The notes: generated by a model not told the origin, from the letters alone. A DNA stretch of 64,000 nucleotides from an uncultured delta proteobacterium (GCA_963845145.1 CAWJQU010000005.1:1152001-1216000); one strand, 5' to 3'; positions 1 to 10,696 are shown, counted from the stretch's first letter. Translations and numbers: made by a program.

Positions 1-619
1 AGGTCATCACCTCGGCCATGGATGCCCGGGTCATGCGGGCCACATAGCCAAAATCATACACGACCAGGACCATCGCCGGTAGAATTAATTGTTTGAACTC
101 AAATCCACCCGCCATACTGCTGGTGCCCGGCAGCCACTTGAGGCCGAATACAAAGAGGGCCGAGAAAATGACCGCACTGGCAAATTCCGGCACGGAAGTC
201 GTCAAAATGCCAAACACCGATATGGCACGATCGAGCTTTGAGCCCTCTTTCATCCCGGACAGAACGCCTAACGTCAATGATAACGGAATCATGATGGCGA
301 ACGTCCAGAATCCCAGGATGGCGGTATTCCACAACCGCGGCAGGAGCACATCAGCAACCGGGCCCTTAAAGCGAATGGACTCGCCCAGGTTGCCGGTCGC
401 AAAATTTCCCAGCCATTTCACATAACGCAACATGACCGGTTGATTATATCCGTGCTGCTCACGCCATAGCTCCCGCTGTTCTTCGTTTGAAAATTGGCCC
501 AGGACCCGGGCGGCCGGATCACCCGTGAGATCGGTTTCCAATAGAAAAAAGAGAATTAGCGAAACGACAATCATGGTAAAAACCATAAACCCGAATCGCT
601 TGACCACCAAGGTGACCAT
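1..619 (-). CDS. Peptide/nickel-type ABC transporter permease (DppB family), runs off the left edge
   Basis: Manual translation from ATG at 619 (RBS AGGAGG): MVTLVVKRFGFMVFTMIVVSLILFFLLETDLTGDPAARVLG...YVKWLGNFATGNLGESI; follows the SBP gene; absent from ORF track. Confidence 0.88.
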   Translation of the reverse strand, partial: MVTLVVKRFGFMVFTMIVVSLILFFLLETDLTGDPAARVLGQFSNEEQRELWREQHGYNQPVMLRYVKWLGNFATGNLGESIRFKGPVADVLLPRLWNTAILGFWTFAIMIPLSLTLGVLSGMKEGSKLDRAISVFGILTTSVPEFASAVIFSALFVFGLKWLPGTSSMAGGFEFKQLILPAMVLVVYDFGYVARMTRASMAEVMT

Positions 620-714
620 TATGATGCCTCCTGAGGTGTGGATTTATCCAAGATGAAATTAACGCGCGGAGCGCCGTGGCCGGCACCCCGCACCTAAACG
701 CAGGCCGTTTACAG

Positions 715-2415
715 CTAGGCCAGGGAAACCTTGTGAAAACGGTAGTAGCGGGTAGGATGATTTTCAAAACCGACGACATTTTCACGCACAGCGGTGAATA
801 CGGAACGAAAGAAGGGCTGCACCATGACGGCGTCATCCTGAAGAAGCTTCTCCACCTTCTCCATCTTGACTTGGCGGCTCTCGATATCCAGGGTCGATTC
901 CGCCTCGGTTAAGGCGGTATCAAACTCAGGGTTGGCATAGCTGGATTCATTCCACGGCACACCAGTACGGTAGGCTAGACCTAACACCATAACACCAAGC
1001 GGCCGGTGGGTCCAGGACGTGAGGCTCAAGGGGGCCTTGGTCCAGACATCCCAATATTGGGCCATGGGCATAACGTTCATTTTGATGTTAATCCCGGCTT
1101 TAGCCGCATCTTCTTTGAGTACGGCCACGGAGTCCTGCTCCCAAACACCGTCCGTATTTCCCACATTGCAGCTCAATTCGATACCATCCGGATAACCGGC
1201 CTCAGCCAACAGTTTCTTGGCACCTTCGATATCTCGCTTGACTGGCGGCAGGGCAAAGTATTCGGGGTGGATAGTGGCGACATGGTGGTGCTCTGCAACG
1301 ATGCCTAATCCCTGGTGAGCAATATCGAGCTGTCTCTGGGCATCACAAGTTTTCTGTACCGCCTTGCGCACGCGGATATCGTCAAACGGCTTTTCAGTGA
1401 CTTTCATACGAATAACACCGGTCTGGGTCGACGGAATTTCGACAACTTTGATACCCGGAATATTTTTGGCCGCTTCCAGCGTTGTCAGGTCGATATTGTA
1501 GATGAGATCCACCTGCTTTGAAGCGATGGCGGCCAGATAAGCGCCAGCATCTTCCCCCAAATCAATAATACGAATCTCATCCAGAAAGACTTCACCGCCC
1601 CAGTAGGGTGCATCGCGCTTTTTCAACACAGCCAGTTCACCAACCTTGAATTCGGTAAGGGTGTACGGACCGGTTCCCACCGGGTTTTTGGTTAGATCGC
1701 CGCCATCCTTTTCAAAATTACGATGAACGATTCCCGTGGGATAGTTGTAAAGGTTCTCAGGAATCGACAGCACGGGCGAATTCAAATTGAGCTTGACCGT
1801 ATGATCGTCCACTTTCATCACCGCATTTTTACTCATACGCTTTATCGCGTTACCTTTGTCATCCTTTTTACCGGTTTCTTCCAACATGGCATCGAACAGG
1901 CCCAGATTGGATGAACCGGTTTTGGGATCAAGCCAGCGGGTGAAATTGAAAACAACATCATCGGCATTGAAATCATCACCGTTGGACCATTTGACGTCCT
2001 TGCGCAGGTGAAAGGTCCAGGATTTCAGATCGTCGGAGGCTTCCCATTTTTCCGCCAGACTGGGTCGGGTGATATTATCGGGACCGGTTTCCACCAGGTA
2101 CTCGACAATGTGACGGGAAACGATGGATTTCTGGGTCCATGAATAGGTTGCCGGATCGGCCATTTCCTGCACCTGCATGGCGTATTTTAATACGCCGCCT
2201 TTTTTCTGAGCGGCATGCGCTGTGGACACCATATTTGGAAGTAGATTCTTGCCAAGTATCGTTCCCGCCATGCCATAAGCGGCGGTCGCGGACAGGCCCA
2301 GAAGCGTGGTGGTACGTAAAAATTCACGTCGTGAGCATTTGCCGTCGGCAAGCGATTTTTTCATTTTTTCAACACCGGGATGAATTCTTTCACTGGATTG
2401 TTTCTTGTGGGTCAT
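715..2415 (-). CDS. ABC transporter substrate-binding protein, family 5 (DppA-like), Tat signal
   Basis: SRREFL twin-arginine motif; [20 protein letters not shown] and PVGTGPY motifs. Confidence 0.92.
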   Translation of the reverse strand: MTHKKQSSERIHPGVEKMKKSLADGKCSRREFLRTTTLLGLSATAAYGMAGTILGKNLLPNMVSTAHAAQKKGGVLKYAMQVQEMADPATYSWTQKSIVSRHIVEYLVETGPDNITRPSLAEKWEASDDLKSWTFHLRKDVKWSNGDDFNADDVVFNFTRWLDPKTGSSNLGLFDAMLEETGKKDDKGNAIKRMSKNAVMKVDDHTVKLNLNSPVLSIPENLYNYPTGIVHRNFEKDGGDLTKNPVGTGPYTLTEFKVGELAVLKKRDAPYWGGEVFLDEIRIIDLGEDAGAYLAAIASKQVDLIYNIDLTTLEAAKNIPGIKVVEIPSTQTGVIRMKVTEKPFDDIRVRKAVQKTCDAQRQLDIAHQGLGIVAEHHHVATIHPEYFALPPVKRDIEGAKKLLAEAGYPDGIELSCNVGNTDGVWEQDSVAVLKEDAAKAGINIKMNVMPMAQYWDVWTKAPLSLTSWTHRPLGVMVLGLAYRTGVPWNESSYANPEFDTALTEAESTLDIESRQVKMEKVEKLLQDDAVMVQPFFRSVFTAVRENVVGFENHPTRYYRFHKVSLA

Positions 2416-2988
2416 GGGATTACCTCCTTAAATAAATATCGTGTCGGTTGTCGGATGACGACCGACTCGTCTATGGGTAAAGAGCAAGAGTGATGCGCCT
2501 GCCGATGAATACTGAGGATCGATTTAATTCCGGTGAAAAATTAAGAGAACCAGGTCATTAGCTCAAGCGTCTGATTGTATCACGCTTCAAATGCGCAGAA
2601 GGCTTTGCTTATGCCCGCCACCTGGTCACAACGGAAAAAACAATCGATCCTAAATGATCAAAATAAATGATGCAGCTTATGGTAAATCAATGTCCGGCGT
2701 TCATGCCGGTGAGCGGGGGAGCGACTCCATTTGGCCTGCATCGATCACCAAGAGTTAAGGTGAAATTATAATGAAGTATCTTTACTACTCTATAGAAAAC
2801 ATAGGGCAGATTGTCAAGTCTCCATTTTTAAAGTATCGTTTTATTTACATGTTTTTTCACTTTAGCCGGGCTGATTATTTGGTAAAGTATCTTGCTATCT
2901 TTTGGGTGAAAAAGTAAAGTGATGAACACCTTCATCAGCAAATTTCAATATTTGGATCATCAAACCACGCGGTAAAAACGGGGGTATC

Positions 2989-3774
2989 ATGGATCAGCAT
3001 CGAGACTTAGGAATCAATCATATCAAAGCCCGAAAGAACCATTGCTGTTATGGCATGGGGCTGGGGATCATTATTTTAGATGACGTCTACCCCGGTTTTC
3101 CCGGGGATGTGAGAAACGCCAGTACGTATCCCTATCCGGTTCAATATGAAATCGTGGAGGGCGTTGATATCGAAGCCCTGGTGGTTGCAGAAGACAAGTC
3201 TCCCTGCCTGGAGCCTATCAAAATAGCGGCGGCAAAACTTCAGCGGATGGGTTGTCGGGCCCTGTCGGCCGAGTGCGGCTATTTTGCTTATTTTCAAAAA
3301 GAGATTACCGCCGCCGTGGATGTGCCGGTCTTTATGTCCAGCCTGTTGCAAGTTCCCCTGGCGCAACAGGTCATCGGCCCCGATAAGTTGGTGGGGATTT
3401 ATGTCGGCACTAAAAGCGCCGTGCGAGATGAACATTTAACATCCGTGGGAATCCGGCTGGGCAGCAACTATGTGATCGAAGGTGCCTGTGATAATAATGT
3501 GTGCCGTGAGTTTGTTAATCTCTGGATCGAAGGCAAGCGCCCGGAGCAACCCGAGGCTTACTATGATAAGGCAGGCGATGAATTCGTCGGACACGGCATC
3601 GACTTCTTCAAGCAGAATCCCGATATGGGCGCCATGGTTTTGGAATGCACGGGCTTTCCACCATTTGCCCGTCGATTACAGCAAGAAATCGACATTCCCG
3701 TTTTCAGCTACAGTACCCTGCACGATTTTGCTTACTCTGTAGTCGTGCACAGGGATTTCTATGGACATGTTTGA
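2989..3774 (+). CDS. Aspartate/glutamate racemase superfamily protein
   Basis: PGDVRNASTYPYPV; two catalytic-type cysteines in AECGYF and LECTGFPP. Confidence 0.8.
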   Translation: MDQHRDLGINHIKARKNHCCYGMGLGIIILDDVYPGFPGDVRNASTYPYPVQYEIVEGVDIEALVVAEDKSPCLEPIKIAAAKLQRMGCRALSAECGYFAYFQKEITAAVDVPVFMSSLLQVPLAQQVIGPDKLVGIYVGTKSAVRDEHLTSVGIRLGSNYVIEGACDNNVCREFVNLWIEGKRPEQPEAYYDKAGDEFVGHGIDFFKQNPDMGAMVLECTGFPPFARRLQQEIDIPVFSYSTLHDFAYSVVVHRDFYGHV

Positions 3775-3854
3775 TAGGCTCGTAAAAAGGCATCACTTTT
3801 AAAAGATCCAAAGAACAACATCGGAAACCTAAAGATACGATTTAGAATTGGGCG

Positions 3855-4973
3855 TTAGACCACCGACAAGGCCTGCTCCAGGTCTTCGATCAATCGGTCG
3901 ACATCTTCCGTTCCTACGGAAAGGCGCACCAGATTTTCTTTAATCCCCGCCTCGGCCAGGGCCTGGGGCGAAAGGGCCACATGGGTGTTGGTGGCCGGCT
4001 GGTTAGCCAATGTGGTGACCCCGCCAAGGCTGGTTGCAAGTTTAATCAGTTTCAGCTGGTCCATCACATGCTTGGTGCCTTCAAAATCGCTTTTAACAAC
4101 AAAGCTCATCATCCCGCCAAACCCGCGCATTTGCTTTTTGGCAATAGAATGATCCGGATGCGAAGGCAGGCCGGGATAGTAGACGGCCTCTATTTTTTTG
4201 TGATCATGCAGATGTTGCGCAATGGTCATGGCGTTTTGGTTATGCCGCTCTACACGCAGGTCCAGGGTGCTCATTCCCCGCAATGCCAGAAACGCCGACA
4301 TGGGATCCATCACACCACCCAATACCTTCCGTAAATTCCATAAAGCATGAAAGTGGCTCTCATTACAGCAAGCAAATCCGGCCGTGATATCATGATGGCC
4401 GCCGATATATTTGGTGGCGCTGTGAATGGTCACATCAACACCCCAATCCAGGGGTCGTTGATTGACGGGGGAGGCAAAGGTCGAATCGAGGATCACCGTT
4501 GCCCCCTTTTTGTGGGCGTGTTCGGCCAAGTCAGCCACGTCAACCACACGAAGCAGCGGATTGGTGGGGGTTTCCAGGTAGACGAGATCCACGCCTTTTT
4601 CAATTTGAGCGTGAATGCCAGCTATTTCATCGCATCCGACCGCCATCACATCGATACCCAGGGTGGGTAAAAAAGTGAACAAGAATTCATGGGTGCCGCC
4701 ATACACTTCCCGCATACCGATGATTCGGCTCTCTTTTTGTGTGAATGCCAGAATGGAATTGGTGATGGCGGCCATGCCCGAGCCAAATCCCACGGCATGA
4801 TCGTAGCCTTCCAAGGCAGCCAGTTTCTTTTCCGCTTCCACGACCGTGGGGTTGTCCCAACGGGAATAGATAAATCCTGATCGATTTTGAACCACATCGA
4901 TAAGATCGTCTGAAGTATCGAATTTGTAAGTGGCCGTCATATAAATGGGGTGAACAACCGGTTTGCTTTTCAT
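3855..4973 (-). CDS. PLP-dependent trans-sulfuration enzyme (cystathionine gamma-synthase/lyase, Met gamma-lyase family)
   Basis: YSRWDNPT, SGMAAI, ETPTNP, HSATKYIGGH (PLP Lys), SLGG, RLSVG. Confidence 0.92.
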   Translation of the reverse strand: MKSKPVVHPIYMTATYKFDTSDDLIDVVQNRSGFIYSRWDNPTVVEAEKKLAALEGYDHAVGFGSGMAAITNSILAFTQKESRIIGMREVYGGTHEFLFTFLPTLGIDVMAVGCDEIAGIHAQIEKGVDLVYLETPTNPLLRVVDVADLAEHAHKKGATVILDSTFASPVNQRPLDWGVDVTIHSATKYIGGHHDITAGFACCNESHFHALWNLRKVLGGVMDPMSAFLALRGMSTLDLRVERHNQNAMTIAQHLHDHKKIEAVYYPGLPSHPDHSIAKKQMRGFGGMMSFVVKSDFEGTKHVMDQLKLIKLATSLGGVTTLANQPATNTHVALSPQALAEAGIKENLVRLSVGTEDVDRLIEDLEQALSVV

Positions 4974-5000
4974 AACGCCCTTTCGCTATTGGATGCGTCC

Positions 5001-6248
5001 TTATTGGACCTGCTTCGATTTGACAACTACTCCTTTATGTACAACCTGTCGGCAAGGATTAAACCCGAGGCCATAGGCCAGTTCGGCAGGGTCATCGATA
5101 TCCCAGATCACAAAATCAGCCTCTTTTCCCGGTGTAAGCGTTCCGACTTTTTCGTGAATTCCCAGCGCCCGGGCCCCATGGCGGGTCACGCCGGCCAAGG
5201 CTTCTTCAGGGGTCAATTGAAACAGAACACAGGCCATATTGACCATGGCCAACAGCGACCCCACCGGGCTGGATCCCGGATTGCAATCCGAGGCAATGGC
5301 CATGGGCACCCGGTACCGGCGAAGCAGATCGATGGGTGGCCGCCGGGTTTCCCGTAAGTAGTAAAAGGCGCCGGGAAGAAGTACAGCCACAGTCCCGGCT
5401 TCGGCCATGGCGCGAACCCCCGCTTCGGAAAGGTACTCGAGGTGATCAGCCGATAGCGCCCCATATTTCGCCCCCAGCGCCGCCCCGCCCATGTCGGATA
5501 GCTGTTCAGCATGAATTTTGACCGGTAAACCGTGTTGCCGGGCAGCTTTAAATACTTTTTCGGTTTGGTTGCGGGTAAACCCAATCGTTTCGCAAAATGC
5601 GTCCACCGCAACCGCCAGGCCTTCGGCCACGACTTGGGGTAGGACCTCGCCACAGACAAAATCGATATAGTCCTTGGGACGGTTATGAAATTCGGGCGGC
5701 AGGGCGTGGGCCCCCAGATAGGTCGGCATTATCGTAACGGGAAGCATGTCACCCAGTGCTTTAGCCACACGCAACATCCGCAGTTCGGTAGCCAGGTCGA
5801 GACCGTACCCGGATTTGATTTCAATCGTCGTCACTCCCGTTTGCATCAGAGACTTTAGTCGTGGCAGGCTTTGCCGGACCAACCCCGCTTCATCGCTTTG
5901 ACGCGTGGCCGCCACGGTGGATTGAATTCCCCCACCGGCACGAGCGATCTCTTCGTAGGAGACACCCTGCAGCCTTTTCTCGAACTCTCCGGCGCGATTG
6001 CCGCCGTAGACCAGATGGGTATGGCAATCGATGAGCCCCGGCGTGATCCACCGCCCCTTTACGTCATTTATTTGTATCGCATTTTCTTTTAATTCCGCCG
6101 GTAGTAGCTGGGTCTCTCCTACCCAGGCAATGATACCATCCGCCACGACCAGCGCACCATTGTTGATTCGACCATAGGGTCGATCGTCGTTCATGGTGGC
6201 CATGTTGGCGTTAATCCATAAGGCCACTTTTTTTTGTCTAAGGTCCAT
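5001..6248 (-). CDS. hutI: Imidazolonepropionase
   Basis: [49 protein letters not shown]; start taken at ATG 6248, abutting the upstream stop. Confidence 0.96.
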   Translation of the reverse strand: MDLRQKKVALWINANMATMNDDRPYGRINNGALVVADGIIAWVGETQLLPAELKENAIQINDVKGRWITPGLIDCHTHLVYGGNRAGEFEKRLQGVSYEEIARAGGGIQSTVAATRQSDEAGLVRQSLPRLKSLMQTGVTTIEIKSGYGLDLATELRMLRVAKALGDMLPVTIMPTYLGAHALPPEFHNRPKDYIDFVCGEVLPQVVAEGLAVAVDAFCETIGFTRNQTEKVFKAARQHGLPVKIHAEQLSDMGGAALGAKYGALSADHLEYLSEAGVRAMAEAGTVAVLLPGAFYYLRETRRPPIDLLRRYRVPMAIASDCNPGSSPVGSLLAMVNMACVLFQLTPEEALAGVTRHGARALGIHEKVGTLTPGKEADFVIWDIDDPAELAYGLGFNPCRQVVHKGVVVKSKQVQ

Positions 6249-6249
6249 T

Positions 6250-7341
6250 TCACCCCTGATGGTTTTTGCCAAAATCGGTCACCGCCTTCTTTAGCATAAA
6301 CAGATTATATGGCGGCACATTGGGCGGAATACCGCAGCCGGGCATAAGGATATAACCCTGAGGGGCCTCGCTTCCTTGGGCCAGCGCAGCGCGGCACAAA
6401 TGATACACCGTATCAGGCTCACCCAGATGAATAACCCCCGGCTCGATGTTTCCGGCAACAATACAACTCCGGCCGAAATGCGCAATCGCCGTGGTGATAT
6501 CCACCTCATGACCAAAACTGACGATTCCCGGATCGCCCATGGGCACCTGCTGCCAAAGGGGTAAATTTTTATTCTGCTCACCGCAGATATGACAATAGAT
6601 ATGGTAGACACCCGCAGCCAGCGCCTTTTCGTGCAATTCAATCTGGTAAGGCAGGACAAATTTTTCAAACAGGTGCGGCGATATCATTTGGTTGGAAGCC
6701 GTGGGTGCGGCTACATAGATCAGCATATCCGCTTTGGGGAAGGTTTTAACAAACAACCGCACCACAGCCACACTATAATCCGTTGCCAGGCGCAATAGAT
6801 GGTGCACAAGTTCGGGGCGCTTTATCATCCAGCGCATCAGAAGTTCCGGGCCGCAGAGGCTGCGGGCGCCTTCGATGGGAGACGTGATAAAGGGAAAAAC
6901 CGGAAACCCATGTGCATGCTGCAGCCGGGCAAAAGCAAGATACATCGGCAACGGACCGGCCTTGGCGATATCATTCGGTAAGGTGAGGGCCGCCGCTTCC
7001 GCTTCTGTATTTGCAGGATGACGGGTGGCCGTGGGCGCCATGTCGAATTCGCCGGTGGGCCATTTGAGGTCACCCCCGAAAGCCCAGGTCACATCCGATG
7101 CCCCTCCCACGGCCATGCGGGGAATCCCATCCTCGCCGTACATGGCAATGGTTTTCATCTGTGCATCAAAGCTTTTGCGGGGATCGTTATAGGCGGTGAC
7201 GGCGGGTAGCCCGACATTTTGAACGGCGAAAGACGGCACCGCCCCCCATAACCAGACTAAAGGGAGATGGGTGTCTTTCCCGGACAACAACCGCCTGAAC
7301 CGTTTTCCGATTTCTCCGGTTTCCATGGCGTGTTGCGTCAT
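6250..7341 (-). CDS. URO-D-fold corrinoid methyltransferase (MtaA/MtbA/CmuA family)
   Basis: Intact Zn-type motifs HICG and [16 protein letters not shown] and AGNIEP; corrinoid operon context. Confidence 0.85.
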   Translation of the reverse strand: MTQHAMETGEIGKRFRRLLSGKDTHLPLVWLWGAVPSFAVQNVGLPAVTAYNDPRKSFDAQMKTIAMYGEDGIPRMAVGGASDVTWAFGGDLKWPTGEFDMAPTATRHPANTEAEAAALTLPNDIAKAGPLPMYLAFARLQHAHGFPVFPFITSPIEGARSLCGPELLMRWMIKRPELVHHLLRLATDYSVAVVRLFVKTFPKADMLIYVAAPTASNQMISPHLFEKFVLPYQIELHEKALAAGVYHIYCHICGEQNKNLPLWQQVPMGDPGIVSFGHEVDITTAIAHFGRSCIVAGNIEPGVIHLGEPDTVYHLCRAALAQGSEAPQGYILMPGCGIPPNVPPYNLFMLKKAVTDFGKNHQG

Positions 7342-7349
7342 GCGGGTCC

Positions 7350-8381
7350 TTATGTTTCAGGATAGGGTGAAAAATTTTCCATAAACCAAGCCCTCGCCTC
7401 GAAAGCCTGGAGAAGGTGTTCCGCCGGAACACCGTAAGGGATATCTCAGCCGGGGGCAAATGTATAACCACGGGTTCCGCCTGCGGCCAGGCTGATCAGG
7501 GCATCTTCTTTAGGTGAGATCATACCCAACATCAGGCTGGTGGTCAATTTCAGATTGCCCCCAAACCCCTTACCGTATTTGTAGGCCAAGTCCCGAACAT
7601 ATCCCAGATTCATCTGTTCGTCGATGGCAAAACCGTGGGTCGGCACCTTGCACACCTCTTCCAACACCTTGTTACAGTTGCCACAGATGAAAAAGGAAGA
7701 TGTGCGGTCAGCACTATGGATGGCATCAATGGCCGGCTGACAGTTAGGGGTGACGAATTCGGCAAACGTCTGGGGCCGAATCTGGGACGCCACCGGGTCG
7801 ACGATGGCGATGATATCGCATCCCATTTCTGCGTAATACCGGGCCGCCTGGCCGCCCACCTCGCCGGCGAATTTCAAAATTTCGTGGGCAAACGCTTTTT
7901 TTCGCAACAGGGCTGTAAAAATCTGGGGCCCGGCCAAATGGGCCGCCAGTGTCAATGGACCGCAGAGCAGTCCCAGCATGGCGCAATCCAATTCTTCCAG
8001 CTGTGGTTTGGCCAATTTGGCGGCTTCAAATAATATCGGCCACCGGCCATGATCAGCCGAGGGGAGTACCAGGCTCGCTTCTACCGGCGTCTTATTTTCA
8101 CAAGGGTGAGTCGTGACTGACGGTACGTTGTCTTCCCAGTAGGTCACCTCGCAACCCATGCTCTCCGCCTCAAGGGAAAGGTCAAACAGAAGGGGAATGC
8201 CGTCGGCATGATAATGGCGGGCGGCATAAACCACGCCCTTGGCCAGCAGGGCGGAATCTTTCAAAAAGGCGTCCGCCGGCTGTTTGATGAGGGAAGCACA
8301 ATGGACCCCGGCGTAGGGCAACCAGGGCGCCACCTTCGTTGTTTTACCACGGGTGGCATCAATGAGCATCTGTTTGGCCAT
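7350..8381 (-). CDS. URO-D-fold corrinoid methyltransferase (MtbA-like), probable selenoprotein with UGA=Sec at 7446-7448
   Basis: Start MAKQ at 8381; LFDLSLEAESMG, GPLTLA, FICG; ...GYTFAPG-TGA-DIPYGVPAEHLLQAFEARAWFMENFSPYPET-TAA(7350). TGA aligns with the Cys of [11 protein letters not shown] in the neighbouring paralog. Confidence 0.85.
7415..7448 (-). promoter_or_regulatory. Candidate bacterial SECIS element
   Basis: UGA + 12 nt + perfect hairpin GGUGUUCC-GGC-GGAACACC (7433..7415) with G-containing apical loop. Confidence 0.75.
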
Positions 8382-8395
8382 AATCGACTCTTTTC

Positions 8396-9778
8396 TTAAA
8401 AAGGAAATTCCACGCCCATCGCGGCAATTTCGTCCTTCACACGGCGATACATGTCGAAATGTTCCTGGGTAGGCAGGGCCTTTTGAACGTCGTAACACTG
8501 GTGGTATTCACTGCCCATGGAAGCGGTGGCGGCCTCATCTTCATATTTGGCCAGCAACTTGAGGGCGATCTCGTTGGCTTGTTCGCGTTTCATACCCATG
8601 TTGGCCACGGCATGGCCCACTTCCACACCCAGACGGGCCTCCATGGGTGTGGCTCGATTGCGGTATTTATTTCGCGTGGAGGCCATCTCCCACAAATGCC
8701 AACCACATACGGTGCTCACTAAAGCGTGACAGGCTGTTTCACGGAAGAGCATCTCGGTCATGGGGCCCGCATTGGCGAACCCATTTGACGTGTAGAGCAG
8801 CTTGCTGTTGCGTGCCAAGGCTTGGCCCGACATGGCGATGGGCCAAAGCAGTTCCCGGGTGGTGTTGGAGCCGTAATTGAGGTGGAAGGGAAAATGCTGG
8901 TTAAAAATGGCCCCGTGAATCAATAGGCCTTTGAGACTGTAAGCCACCAGGGTCACGGCGACGCCTTCCGATCCGCCGCACCAGCCCCCGTAAATGGGCC
9001 CGGTGAGATTGCCGGTATAACAACCGTACTGTGCGTAATGCGCCGAGCGGTTGAGAAGGGTATCGGCGGTTTTAAATTCGGTCAACGATCCCACCAGACG
9101 GGCGTCCGTGGTGCGTACCCCCCACTCGTTATTGGAAACGGCGATCTGGCCGGCATCGTGTTCCGCTGTGCCCACAGCAACAAAAAAGGTGCCGGGGCGT
9201 CCCAGCTGCCGGGCTGTGGCGCGCATATTATAAATATGCTGGATGCAGCCATTGATCTCGGTGGGTCCTCCGGATTCGATCAGCTGTCCAACGGCATTTT
9301 CCAAAATCGGCGCACAAAATCCGTCCAATAAGGGCTCTTTAAGGTAGGCTGCGCACATGGAGTGATGCAGGTGCTCATCCACCGTGATATCCGGGCTGTA
9401 GATACAAAATGGGGGCTCGGTATCTTCCACCTGGCGGTGTTTCCACAGTTTGGCATCTTTGCCTTCACCGACCCAGTACTGATCTTTGGACATGTACAGG
9501 GCTTCTTTGATCTCCTCGTCAGTGACCTGGATGATGCGATGGGAATCGGTGTTGTAGACACCCACTTCCCTGAAAAGATCCCAGCCCGCCTGCCAGATCC
9601 GGTCCGCCATGGCATCGTCGGTCGGCACGGGTGTACCGGGATCGTATTTGATCTCGTATTTTTTGATCAGTTTTTTTAGTGTCGGGGTAAACAGTTTGGG
9701 TAAAAAATCATCTTCATCAACATGGGGGCCGGTCTTGGACCGTTCCATTATTTCCCATATACGATAAGCTGTAGTCAT
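8396..9778 (-). CDS. mtmB: Monomethylamine:corrinoid methyltransferase (MtmB) family protein, non-pyrrolysine
   Basis: 460 aa; KKYEIKYDP..PVPTDD.MAD, GVYNTDSHRII, SGGPTE, GRPG, IYGGWCGGSEG, AGPMTEM, TPMEAR; no in-frame TAG. Confidence 0.88.
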   Translation of the reverse strand: MTTAYRIWEIMERSKTGPHVDEDDFLPKLFTPTLKKLIKKYEIKYDPGTPVPTDDAMADRIWQAGWDLFREVGVYNTDSHRIIQVTDEEIKEALYMSKDQYWVGEGKDAKLWKHRQVEDTEPPFCIYSPDITVDEHLHHSMCAAYLKEPLLDGFCAPILENAVGQLIESGGPTEINGCIQHIYNMRATARQLGRPGTFFVAVGTAEHDAGQIAVSNNEWGVRTTDARLVGSLTEFKTADTLLNRSAHYAQYGCYTGNLTGPIYGGWCGGSEGVAVTLVAYSLKGLLIHGAIFNQHFPFHLNYGSNTTRELLWPIAMSGQALARNSKLLYTSNGFANAGPMTEMLFRETACHALVSTVCGWHLWEMASTRNKYRNRATPMEARLGVEVGHAVANMGMKREQANEIALKLLAKYEDEAATASMGSEYHQCYDVQKALPTQEHFDMYRRVKDEIAAMGVEFPF

Positions 9779-9827
9779 GCGATTCCTCCTGCCGGAAAGT
9801 TCGAATATGTAGTTAATTCGATAGCAT

Positions 9828-10457
9828 CTATGTTATCATTGCTGCCATTTTAGAGGCAGCACAGTTGGCATCTTCGCAGTAAAGATCGGCCCCGATCAGG
9901 TCCGCCCACATCTGGGAGGACGGTGCGCCACCGATCACCACCTTGTACTTGTCGCGAATCCCCTTGTCTTTCAAAAACTCGATGATCTCCTGCTGGCGCG
10001 GCATGGTCGTGGTCATCAATGAGGATGCCCCGATAAAATCGGCCCCCATCTCCTCGGCGGCCTTAATAAAATCCAGGGAGTCCACATCGTAGCCGAGATC
10101 CTTGACTTCAAAGCCACTGGTCTCAAGCATCAGCTTGACGATGTTTTTCCCGATTTCATGCAGATCGCCCTTTACCACCCCGATCACCACTTTGCCCCTG
10201 GCAACCACCCGGTCGGACTCCTTCAACTCTGGTTTTACGATATCCACCACCGCCGTTAGGGCCTCTCCGGCCAGCATCACTTCAGGCAGGAATATATCGA
10301 GATTGGCAAACAGGTTGCCCACGCGTTCCATGGTCTGGGTCAGCTTGGCCAAAATCTCAAGCGGATCGGTACCGTCGGCGAGCAATTTCCGGGCCATGGC
10401 CTCACATTCATCTTTATCACCGTCTTCCACGAGCTTGCTTAATTGTTCCAACGACAT
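9828..10457 (-). CDS. Methyltransferase cognate corrinoid protein (MtmC/MtbC-like)
   Basis: IFLPEVMLA cap; GDLHEIGKNIV (DxHxxG B12 motif); SSLMTTT; IGGAP; ATG at 10457 after GGAGGA. Confidence 0.95.
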   Translation of the reverse strand: MSLEQLSKLVEDGDKDECEAMARKLLADGTDPLEILAKLTQTMERVGNLFANLDIFLPEVMLAGEALTAVVDIVKPELKESDRVVARGKVVIGVVKGDLHEIGKNIVKLMLETSGFEVKDLGYDVDSLDFIKAAEEMGADFIGASSLMTTTMPRQQEIIEFLKDKGIRDKYKVVIGGAPSSQMWADLIGADLYCEDANCAASKMAAMIT

Positions 10458-10696
10458 GGCATCCTCCAAAAATCAAATAATAACGATCAATTACATGTGT
10501 TTTCCTGGCAAAAACCACAACCGGGTTTTGATCCCCTAACGAAGTTGCGTTGCCCTGATAGTGCCTATAAAATATTATAAATATATTTGTCAATAAATCT
10601 TTGATATTTTCTGTTGACTTTCTGTAATATTCGGGTAACCATTGTGCTATTCTGCACAAAACAGGATTGGGTGTTCCAAAATCGGGTCAATTGACA

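Noticed and set aside
6250..8381. True uroporphyrinogen decarboxylases (hemE)
   Set aside because: They lack the N-terminal RQAGR motif, carry methyltransferase-type metal motifs and sit beside a corrinoid protein
8382..8498. N-terminal extension of ORF 7446..8498 (similar extensions on hutI, hutC, asd, the lipoprotein and the CoA ligase)
   Set aside because: They overlap upstream genes or regulatory elements; downstream ATGs match RBS position and family starts
8396..9778. Pyrrolysine (UAG) recoding in mtmB
   Set aside because: The ORF is full length with no in-frame TAG, and there are no pyl genes in the window
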